This document shows, piece after piece, positions 1 to 7,474 of a stretch of 64,000 nt of DNA. The position numbers were made by a program, and so were the translations under genes. The DNA comes from an uncultured Acidobacteriaceae bacterium (GTDB taxonomy: Bacteria > Acidobacteriota > Terriglobia > Terriglobales > Acidobacteriaceae), in assembly GCA_963767705.1 (NCBI GenBank), contig CAVYEO010000002.1, forward strand, positions 1,404,353 through 1,468,352. Direction: 5' to 3'. The notes below the pieces were generated by a model. That model had not been told where the DNA came from. It worked only from the letters and a program-made list of their open reading frames with translations, and did no database searches. Every line of letters begins with the position of its first letter. Position 1 is the first letter of the stretch.

Positions 1-555
1 ATCGGACTTTATCTGGCGATTGATCCGGGCTTGTACCGGCGCGGTCTGGTGCGGCTCTTCCCTGTGCCGAAACGAGAACGAGCGGCGCATGTTGCCGGAG
101 CGGTGGGCGACGCCTTGGGGCATTGGCTGGTCGGCAAGTTGTCCCTCATGTGCGTAGTGGGCGTACTGACTGCCATTGGACTCTGGGCCCTAGGGATGCC
201 GCTGGTGCTTTCGCTTGCGCTCCTGGCGGCGGCGCTGGATTTCGTCCCCAACATCGGCCCGATCGCCTCGGCAGTGCCCGCGATTCTCCTGGCGCTTATA
301 CACGGGCCCATGCACGCCTTGTATGTAGCGCTGCTGTATCTGGGGGTGCAATTGCTCGAAAGCTACATACTTGCGCCGCTGGTGCAACGGCGGGCCGTTT
401 CGCTGCCTCCAGCCTTGCTGCTGGGAGCCCAAGTGTTACTGGCAGCCATTCTAGGGTTGCCAGGATTGCTGCTGGCGACGCCGCTCACGGTCGCAGGGCT
501 CGTCGTCACTCGGGAAGTGTATGTGCAGGAGTTTTTGGAAACGCGAAAAACGTAG
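1..555 (+). CDS. AI-2E family transporter (PerM/UPF0118-like), C-terminal part; 5' end lies outside the window
   Basis: Frame 1 is open from nt 1. The translation IGLYLAIDPGLYRRGLVRLFPVP...LDFVPNIGPI...LLESYILAPLVQRR, with several hydrophobic helices, matches the conserved C-terminal half of AI-2E permeases. Confidence 0.8.
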   Translation: MGLYLAIDPGLYRRGLVRLFPVPKRERAAHVAGAVGDALGHWLVGKLSLMCVVGVLTAIGLWALGMPLVLSLALLAAALDFVPNIGPIASAVPAILLALIHGPMHALYVALLYLGVQLLESYILAPLVQRRAVSLPPALLLGAQVLLAAILGLPGLLLATPLTVAGLVVTREVYVQEFLETRKT

Positions 556-601
556 GAACGGCTCTCTACAAGCAGACCGCGACCCAGGGCGTAGTCACCC
601 G

Positions 602-1540
602 TCAGCGGCTCTGCGGGGATGGCGAGGAGGTACAACGGCTTAGGCCGAGCGTTCCTGCAGAACGGTGTACGATGGCCAGCTTTTCGCGTGCCAATATCCT
701 TTTTACCTGCCCGCGCGCATAGTTGGCCCACGCGCCCACGGGATCCAGCTTCAGGTATGCCGCCCAATGCCGCAAAGCGCGGCGCCGTTCGCCGGTGCGT
801 TCATAGGCGAGCGCCAGGTTATAGTGCGCATCGGCATACTTCGGCGCCAGCCGAATCGCTTCGCGATAGGCGGCGATCGCTTCACCGAGCCGCTGCATTT
901 CATCCAGCACATTGCCCAGGTCGAAAAAGGCAAGCGCATAGCTGTCGTCTGCAACAGTAGCGCGGCGATACAGGTCTTCCGCCTCCTTGAAGGCGCGCTT
1001 GTGGTAGCAAATGGTGCCCAGATTGATGCAGGAGGGGGCGTGTTTCGAATCCAGGCGCAGGATGGCTTCGTAAATGGCTGCCGCGGCTTCCGGCTTGTTC
1101 GCCTCTTCCATCTGCACGGCCTGGATGAAGAGGATCGAGATGCGGGCGTCCAATGCCGCAGGGTTAAGCGCCAATTGGCCCACGGCCGCAAGCTGGCTGT
1201 CGCCGGTCATGGCCTCGAAATCAAAGACGAACTGCCGGGCGATGGGCTCCATGATCGCGCCCGAGTGGCGGAAGAGGAGCCGCGTCCCGCGACGCACGGC
1301 GCCGGCTTCAAGCAGCGGGTTCGCCATCCCGGAAACGGCGCGCATCGCATGGACCGACGCGCGAATACTGGAAACAGAAAGTGGTGTGGCTTGCAAGTCG
1401 CGCAGTTTGCGCAACTGCACCAGCTCCTGGAAGCTGTAAGCCTCCCCACGGCTGATCAACCCGGCCCGCTCCCACGAAGCTAACTGCGTGGCGCGTATAC
1501 GCAAAATGCGAAGCACGTCATGGCGGCTATATGTGTTCAC
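602..1540 (-). CDS. MerR-type HTH / TPR-repeat protein
   Basis: 312-aa ORF. The N-terminus (RILRIRATQLASWERAGLI...YSFQELVQLRKLRDL) looks like a MerR-family HTH. The C-terminal half has TPR-like repeats (AAAIYEAILRLDSKHAPSCINLG, AEDLYRRATVADDSYALAFFDLG, AIAAYREAIRLAPKYADAHYNLA). Confidence 0.6.
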   Translation of the reverse strand: MNTYSRHDVLRILRIRATQLASWERAGLISRGEAYSFQELVQLRKLRDLQATPLSVSSIRASVHAMRAVSGMANPLLEAGAVRRGTRLLFRHSGAIMEPIARQFVFDFEAMTGDSQLAAVGQLALNPAALDARISILFIQAVQMEEANKPEAAAAIYEAILRLDSKHAPSCINLGTICYHKRAFKEAEDLYRRATVADDSYALAFFDLGNVLDEMQRLGEAIAAYREAIRLAPKYADAHYNLALAYERTGERRRALRHWAAYLKLDPVGAWANYARGQVKRILAREKLAIVHRSAGTLGLSRCTSSPSPQSR

Positions 1541-1720
1541 AGCGGTGCACTCGTCCTCAAGAACGGTAGGAACCGTGGAACTTACCCACTTGTTACTCTG
1601 ACGCGATTATCGGCACAGGGGTAGGCAAGCGCAAGGAAGAAAACCGACGAAACGAGGAAAACCGGGTACGAAACCGGAAGTTTTTACCCGGAACTGCATA
1701 CTTTGGAGCAAATGCCGGTC

Positions 1721-1796
1721 TGGAGCCGACGACCGGACTTGAACCGGTGACCTGCCGATTACGAATCGGCTGCTCTACCAACTGAGCTACGTCGGC
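1721..1796 (-). tRNA. tRNA-Thr (anticodon CGU)
   Basis: The reverse complement folds as a 76-nt cloverleaf: GCCGACG-TA-GCTC-AGTTGGTA-GAGC-A-GCCGA-TTCGTAA-TCGGC-AGGTC-ACCGG-TTCAAGT-CCGGT-CGTCGGC-T-CCA. The anticodon loop is TTCGTAA. Confidence 0.92.
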
Positions 1797-1906
1797 TGCT
1801 TCCGTGATTGTAGCGTTGATGGGGTATGCCGTAAACCTGCGACGGGTGACGGTCGCGTTGTCAAAATCGCGTTGAAAACATGCGCTCGCAGAGAAAATCG
1901 GAGACG

Positions 1907-1940
1907 AAAAAGCCACCCGGCAACAGGGTGGCTTTTCGTT
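1907..1940 (-). terminator. Rho-independent-type terminator hairpin (bidirectional shape)
   Basis: GCCACCC (1912-1918) / GGGTGGC (1926-1932) form a stem with a 7-nt loop, flanked by an A-run on one side and a T-run on the other. On the minus strand it lies downstream of the 2199-3359 gene. Confidence 0.5.
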
Positions 1941-2198
1941 TAGGGAGAATAGTTCCAACGGAGGCAAGGCCATCAGAACTTTCTGGCGAAATCTTATGGG
2001 CGGCGTCCGGGGGTGTCAAGCCAAAATCCCCTTCGCCGCAAATTGCTGTTTCAAAAGGGTTTGCGGAGGGGGTCTCAGCGGGAAAACGTAACCCGCAGGT
2101 ACACCCATTATGGGCCCCGGGCCTGGTCTATTTAGACCTAAGCCTATTGGGGTAAACAGCTTAGGGACAATTTCGCCCCGATAACAGTGCAGTTTCGC

Positions 2199-3359
2199 CT
2201 ATTTCAGATCCAAACGGATGAACTGGCTTTCTTCGAGGGAAGAAAGCGGCTTTCCACGGAGCTTGCGGATCAGCACCCGGCCGCCTCCGAGAAAGACGCC
2301 GAGCAGGATCGCTGTGCCCCCCAGAAGAACACAAAGCGCGAAGATGCCCAGCAGCAGCCGGGCGGCCTTGGCCGGCTCGGGCACATAGCCCTGGGGATGG
2401 TTCCACGTGACCGACGCTTCGTAATTGATGCCATCGATCAGCCTCCGCGCATCGGCCGCGGCGAAGTTGCCGCTAGTGACGGCGAGCAGCAGTCCGCTCC
2501 GGCGCGTGAGCAGGGCCTGCGGGCTGCTGTCTGCCAGCGCTTGGGGCCACGCGAGCTGCGGTTTGTCCGCCTGCTGCGTTTTGCCGGCCTTCAGAAAATC
2601 CGTGATGGCTTGCTCGCGAGCCGCGGCGATCTGCGGTGTGGGGTACTCGATAATGGTGAGCGTTCCATCCCCCGAGGTGGTGCTGTACACGCCGGAAAGC
2701 ACTTCCGGGCTCTTGCCGAAATCGATAAGCTGCGGGGGCAGCACACCGCCGGAGCGCGTGTAACCCTCCGGGCCGAGCGAATAACGCGTATGCGTGACTT
2801 CGAGATTCTTTCGCGGCAGATAACCTGGCAGGGAGGGCGGGATATTTGCGGTGCCATTCGGAGTGGGCACACGCGTGGCCAGCTCGCGCAGTTCAGCGGC
2901 AGACATGGCGGTGAGGTGATCGAACTTGGCGTCCACCAGGCTCGCACCGGACCAGAAGAGGATACGAGAGCCGTTGGCGGCGGCGCCACGGCCGATCTCC
3001 TCCGGGTGCATGCCGGGAATCCGGTAATAAGTGTAAGCGCCGTAGGCCCCTGTGGCATCGGTGAAGCGCATAGCCCGGACGGCCAGGGTATTGCCGTTCT
3101 CCGCATATGTGCCAGCGGCGTAGTCGGTAAAGCCGTATTCCTTCAGCACCTCTGCATTGGCCGCGTCAGCCTCCTCCGGCTGCGCTTCCTTATGGATGGG
3201 TGCGGTGAGGTGCCACCCAGCGAATTCCTGCGGCAGCAACGGAGCTGGAGCGGCGGTGGCGATCACTTCCGGTTTGGCAAAACCCAGAGCGGACGCGGTA
3301 ACAAGGAGGGCAAGAACGCTGGGAAGAAGGCGAGACACTCGAAACTGAGAAAAATGCAT
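2199..3359 (-). CDS. Hypothetical exported protein with C-terminal membrane anchor
   Basis: 386-aa ORF with an N-terminal signal-like segment (RLLPSVLALLVTASALGFA) and a C-terminal hydrophobic helix (LLLGIFALCVLLGGTAILLGVFLGG). No family recognised. The overlapping 418-aa plus-strand ORF is treated as a shadow ORF. Confidence 0.5.
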   Translation of the reverse strand: MHFSQFRVSRLLPSVLALLVTASALGFAKPEVIATAAPAPLLPQEFAGWHLTAPIHKEAQPEEADAANAEVLKEYGFTDYAAGTYAENGNTLAVRAMRFTDATGAYGAYTYYRIPGMHPEEIGRGAAANGSRILFWSGASLVDAKFDHLTAMSAAELRELATRVPTPNGTANIPPSLPGYLPRKNLEVTHTRYSLGPEGYTRSGGVLPPQLIDFGKSPEVLSGVYSTTSGDGTLTIIEYPTPQIAAAREQAITDFLKAGKTQQADKPQLAWPQALADSSPQALLTRRSGLLLAVTSGNFAAADARRLIDGINYEASVTWNHPQGYVPEPAKAARLLLGIFALCVLLGGTAILLGVFLGGGRVLIRKLRGKPLSSLEESQFIRLDLK

Positions 3360-3478
3360 GATAGAAGGGCCAGCAAGAAGCCGCTACGTTTAGGGTACTC
3401 CTTCTTCCACCGGGGCGCGAAACTCTTGATCGGCGCTGCGTGATCGGCGCTGCCTTGATCAGCGATTTTAGGAGCAGT

Positions 3479-5938
3479 TCACTCGCTTGCGGCGGAAGCG
3501 CGTCCACTGGCTTGGGCCAGACGTACGCCGCTGAGGCCGTGAATATAGCGGGCGACCCCGCTGTAGATCGACTCGGCAATGCGCTCGCGGTAGGCAGGAT
3601 TGCGGAGTTGGAAGGCATCGCTGGGATTCGTAAGAAACGAAATCTCCGCAAGGATCGACGGCATATTCGCGCCGATGAGCACCACAAAGGGCGCCTTCTT
3701 CACGCCGCGATCTTTCAGGCCCGCATTGCCCGTCTCGAGGCCGGTGTAAAGCGAGTTCTGCACATCGGCGGCAAACTCGCGAGACTCGTCGATCTTGTCC
3801 TTGAGCGCGATCTTTTTCACCAGCCCGCTGAGCTCGTACACCGATTCGTTGGACACGGCGTTCTCGCGTGCCGCTACGTCGAGCGCATCGGGCGAGGTGG
3901 TGAAATTCAGGTAATAGGTCTCCACCCCGCGCGCCTCCGGATCCGGGCTGGAGTTGGCGTGCACGGAAAGAAAAAGATCGGCCTGAGCCTTGTTCGCGAT
4001 CGCTGTTCGGGTTTCAAGCGGGATAAAGGTGTCGTTATCTCGCGTATAAATGACGTCCGCCCCCAGGCGCTGCTTCAGCAGCTTGCCCAGGCGCAGCGCC
4101 ACATCGAGCACGACATCCTTTTCCTCGATGCCCTCGGGGCCAATCGTGCCGGAGTCATGGCCGCCGTGGCCCGCGTCGATCACGATGCGTCCGATCTTGA
4201 GCCCGAGCGCGCGGACCAATGTCCGCTGCCCGTCGGATACAGGTTCGGCCTCGTGCATGGGAGAGGCAAGTGTGGCCGCCGTGGCAGCCTTACGGCTGTT
4301 TCGGCCTGACTTGTTCTGGCCGGCAACTGCCAGGCTGGAGCTCGATGGCAGGTTTCCCGTTTGCGAAACTTCATCGTCGTCCACCACCGTCCTCCGCATC
4401 ACGCTCGCCACTGTCGCAGGCGGTGGCGTCACGCTTTTTCCGTTCCGGGTGGCGACGGAGGTGGTGGTTGCGCCCGGCGCCAGCGCAATCACTCTGGCAG
4501 GCTGTGTGGCGGGCGTGGTGCCAGCCACAGAAGCGGCGATCGGCCCCGTCGTTGGGCCATGCGTGGCTTGCACACGGCTCGGTTCGTTGCTCAGCTTGGC
4601 GATATCTCCCATGGAACTGGCGGGCCCGCTCCTGCCGTTCGTAGTCCTTCTCCCGGTTCCAAGCGCGGATGCACCGGCTTGCTGCCCCGTTTGCGGAGAC
4701 GCGCCCATATGCATCGCGTCCACGATTCCGGAACTGGAAGGAGCCACCGACGTGGAAGGAGCCACCGAAGCCTGTTCCAGCGGGGTGGCTGTACCCGGCT
4801 TGCTGCCGTGCACGTCGATAATCAGCCGCCAAGGGTTGGGGAGAAAAAAGGCAGAGTATTCGCTGACCTGGCTTACATCCAGCACAATGCGGGTCACGCT
4901 GGGGGAGTACTGCGCGACGCGTATGCGCTTGAGAAAGCCATCATCTGTGACATCGACCGAGCGGCCAGTCAGAGACACGGCCACTTTTGCGCTATGCAGG
5001 TCGAAGTAGATGCGGTCGGGATTGGGTACGCGCACCGCTTCGTACTGCACCTGGTTCTGCATATCGATCGCCACGCGGGTGTAGACCGGTGTGGACCAGT
5101 GGCGCACGCCCGTCACCAGCGAAAGACCGCTCGGCGGAGAAGCGGAAGCGGAAACAGGGAGTCGCGCTGCGGTGCTGGAAGCGCTGGTTACGGCCGGGGC
5201 TTCTGCGGCGGTGTCCGGGCCATCGTCGACGGTCACATGCCTGGGCGCCGGCGCGTTCTCTCCGGCAGCCGATCCCGCCCCAGGGCGCGGCGGCTGCATG
5301 GACCGGTGCGCACTTGCCATTGAGGACGGGAGCGTGTGTGTGGCCGGAGAACGATCCGCTGGTCCCTGGGCACCGCTGTCTCGCTGAAGTTGAGAAAGAT
5401 GCGCGCGCGCCTGTGGAGCGAACTGGCTGCCGGGATACAGCCGCAGGAACTCCGCAAAAGCCGTGGCCGCGGCGTTACGGTCATGGAGGTCCCGGCCGTA
5501 GATCTCGCCTTCATGCAGCAGGGCGCCGGTGCAGAAGGGGCTCTCCGGGAAGCGCTGGCGAAGCAGTTCATATTGGCCGACCGCGTTCAGCATCGTTGTT
5601 TCCTGGCGGAAGAGACGACCCTCTTCAGCCAGCAGACCGGCTGCGGCGCTGGTGGCCTCGGCTGCTTGCGCGGCATCCTCGCCTTCGCCGTGGGAGGCGG
5701 CGCGAAAAGCCTCGATGGCCTGGTCGTAGTCGGCGCGCGTGCGTTCGGGCTTTGGCTTGCTTTCGAGCGCGTCGCGCAGCGCGGCGGCGCGGTCTAGCGG
5801 TGTTGGCGGCGTGCTCTGCTGAGCCGTGCCGTCTGCGGAGAGCGCGACGCAAAGGAGCGCGCAGGCGAGCGAGAAAGCCCCGCGCCGGGCAGGCGGTCGT
5901 ACCGTTCGAACTGGAGTCGAGACCGCCATCGAGGGCAA
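3479..5938 (-). CDS. N-acetylmuramoyl-L-alanine amidase (AmiC-like: N-terminal TPR/YbgF-like region, AMIN-like domain, long low-complexity linker, Amidase_3 domain)
   Basis: The C-terminal region IVIDAGHGGHDSGTIGPEGIEEKDVVLDVALRLGKLL...DLFLSVHANSS...GVETYYLN...GLKDRGVKKAPFVVL is the classic Amidase_3 pattern. The VAIDMQNQVQYEAVRVPNPDRIYFDLH segment looks like an AMIN domain. Confidence 0.85.
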   Translation of the reverse strand: MPSMAVSTPVRTVRPPARRGAFSLACALLCVALSADGTAQQSTPPTPLDRAAALRDALESKPKPERTRADYDQAIEAFRAASHGEGEDAAQAAEATSAAAGLLAEEGRLFRQETTMLNAVGQYELLRQRFPESPFCTGALLHEGEIYGRDLHDRNAAATAFAEFLRLYPGSQFAPQARAHLSQLQRDSGAQGPADRSPATHTLPSSMASAHRSMQPPRPGAGSAAGENAPAPRHVTVDDGPDTAAEAPAVTSASSTAARLPVSASASPPSGLSLVTGVRHWSTPVYTRVAIDMQNQVQYEAVRVPNPDRIYFDLHSAKVAVSLTGRSVDVTDDGFLKRIRVAQYSPSVTRIVLDVSQVSEYSAFFLPNPWRLIIDVHGSKPGTATPLEQASVAPSTSVAPSSSGIVDAMHMGASPQTGQQAGASALGTGRRTTNGRSGPASSMGDIAKLSNEPSRVQATHGPTTGPIAASVAGTTPATQPARVIALAPGATTTSVATRNGKSVTPPPATVASVMRRTVVDDDEVSQTGNLPSSSSLAVAGQNKSGRNSRKAATAATLASPMHEAEPVSDGQRTLVRALGLKIGRIVIDAGHGGHDSGTIGPEGIEEKDVVLDVALRLGKLLKQRLGADVIYTRDNDTFIPLETRTAIANKAQADLFLSVHANSSPDPEARGVETYYLNFTTSPDALDVAARENAVSNESVYELSGLVKKIALKDKIDESREFAADVQNSLYTGLETGNAGLKDRGVKKAPFVVLIGANMPSILAEISFLTNPSDAFQLRNPAYRERIAESIYSGVARYIHGLSGVRLAQASGRASAASE

Positions 5939-6022
5939 GCAGAACTGGTCCCATTATAGGTTTCCGGGCAAACAGGCCTGGCGCGGAAATGAAGCCGGTT
6001 CTCTAAAAGACACTGGCGGGGG

Positions 6023-6664
6023 CTAGCTGTTGCTATGTTTATCGAGTTGTTCGGAATATCTGCGGTCGAGCTGCCGGGCGATATCGCGGATTACGTAAAA
6101 GCGGGCCTGAACATCAGCCGCGGCTTGCAGCGCGGCTTCGGCCTGAGCAGGATTCATCTTCGCTGGATCGTTTTCCGCGAGAATCGTGGCAATCGCGTGT
6201 GAATCTGCCTCGATGAGTTCAGTGTCGAGGTTCTGTACCAGAGACTGTAGCGCATACAGGTCTGCATAGCTTTGCACCGTCCCATATGGCATATAGCTCA
6301 AAGCGCCCGTGTCCCGCGCCGTGTTCCATGCTGTCTGCTTGAGCGTCGGTTCGGTAAAGGCAAAGCTCAGGGAGTGAACCTCAGGATGATGCTTATCGCG
6401 AATAGCGCGAAGATCCGCGATGTCCTTCTTGATGGTCTGGTCGGTCTGCGGGACCGAGGCGAGTGCGTCGTGCAATTCCTTTTGGTTATCGACCATCTCC
6501 TGGCGAAGGTTGGCCTCTGCCTCGTGGACTAGGCGACGGTGATGCAGCCACTCCACTCCCGCCTCCAGCATGAGCGCGATAAATAGGCCGATGGTGATCG
6601 TGATCAGATGAGTGAAAAAGTCGCGCCACGTATGGATAGGCTCGTGCGGCGGGTGGACGTCCAT
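6023..6664 (-). CDS. Hypothetical single-pass membrane protein
   Basis: The start was moved to the internal ATG (MDVHPPHEPIHTWRDFFTHLITITIGLFIALMLEAGV) because the upstream part of the 263-aa ORF overlaps the NYN gene. It has one TM helix followed by a helical soluble part. No family recognised. Confidence 0.4.
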   Translation of the reverse strand: MDVHPPHEPIHTWRDFFTHLITITIGLFIALMLEAGVEWLHHRRLVHEAEANLRQEMVDNQKELHDALASVPQTDQTIKKDIADLRAIRDKHHPEVHSLSFAFTEPTLKQTAWNTARDTGALSYMPYGTVQSYADLYALQSLVQNLDTELIEADSHAIATILAENDPAKMNPAQAEAALQAAADVQARFYVIRDIARQLDRRYSEQLDKHSNS

Positions 6665-6704
6665 GGTGTTTGTTGTACACCAACTGCACATCGAATCACG
6701 TGCG

Positions 6705-7370
6705 CTATGGCCAGGACACAGCTCTTCTGTAATCCACATGCGCAAGAAGTTCGGGCGCAATGCGCAGACCAGGCAGTTCAACAATGGCAGTTTGCAGACC
6801 AGCGATCCTTGCATGTTTCAGCGCTGGAACGCAGTCAGTGTCCTTGGACACCAGGACAATACGATCGATTGCATGATTTGCAGAGTACGTGGCGATGTCC
6901 AAACCGATCCGCATATCCACGCCCTGCTGTTCAACATCTGGAATGAAATCAGCATCTGTCAAGGCGCGGCCAGTCGGCTGGATGGGAATTTTCCTGGGCT
7001 TAAATCCCCGGAATTTCAGAATGCCTCGGCGAACTGCAAACAAGTCGCGTCGCGAAAGCTCTTGCAGCCAGCCATCTGAACCAGCATGGAGTTGTTTTGC
7101 GACATCTGAACCAGCATGGAGTTGTTTTGCGCCCGAGACCGGTAGCTTGAGTTCGCCGTGATATGGCGCGCAATCGTAATAGAGAACCCGAAAAAGAGCC
7201 TCGTCCTTCAACACACAGGCGTGTGTGAACTGCTCGATGAGGTCAGGATTATATTTGTGCTTTGCCCGGCTTGCTTGTACGCGTAAGAAGCCGCCGTCTA
7301 TGAGAACACTTACTTTAAGGCTGGAATGATGCAAAAGTACAAAGCCCCCATTGCTGGGGGCAGTATACAT
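6705..7370 (-). CDS. NYN-domain (LabA/DUF88-like, PIN-fold) protein
   Basis: VLIDGGFLRV...YYDCAPY...DVEQQGVDMRIGLDIATYS...IDRIVLVSKDTDCVPALKHARIAGL fits the NYN/LabA pattern (the acidic D...D..D residues of a PIN-like fold). Confidence 0.7.
   Translation of the reverse strand: MYTAPSNGGFVLLHHSSLKVSVLIDGGFLRVQASRAKHKYNPDLIEQFTHACVLKDEALFRVLYYDCAPYHGELKLPVSGAKQLHAGSDVAKQLHAGSDGWLQELSRRDLFAVRRGILKFRGFKPRKIPIQPTGRALTDADFIPDVEQQGVDMRIGLDIATYSANHAIDRIVLVSKDTDCVPALKHARIAGLQTAIVELPGLRIAPELLAHVDYRRAVSWP
7073..7131. repeat. Tandem 30-bp duplication (29 of 30 nt identical) inside the NYN gene
   Basis: catctgaaccagcatggagttgttttgcg occurs at 7073-7101 and again at 7103-7131. It translates as AKQLHAGSDV/AKQLHAGSDG and keeps the reading frame. 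Confidence 0.9.
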
Positions 7371-7474
7371 GCTCGCCTACGAGCGTAGCGGATATGCACA
7401 TATACTACCTAAGCGCTTAGGTAGTGTAAACAGATATTTTCACAGGCTATCTCAGAGGAGGTGCGCTCACAGCT

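Noticed and set aside
2187-3443. A 418-aa plus-strand ORF, together with many similar long ORFs antisense to or overlapping called genes (for example 665-1483, 7595-8419, 9674-10291, 18178-19008, 21577-22656, 53362-54525).
   Set aside because: High-GC genomes generate long stop-free shadow frames. These translations are Arg/Ala/Gly/Pro-rich with no motifs, whereas the opposite or alternative frame carries clear family signatures.
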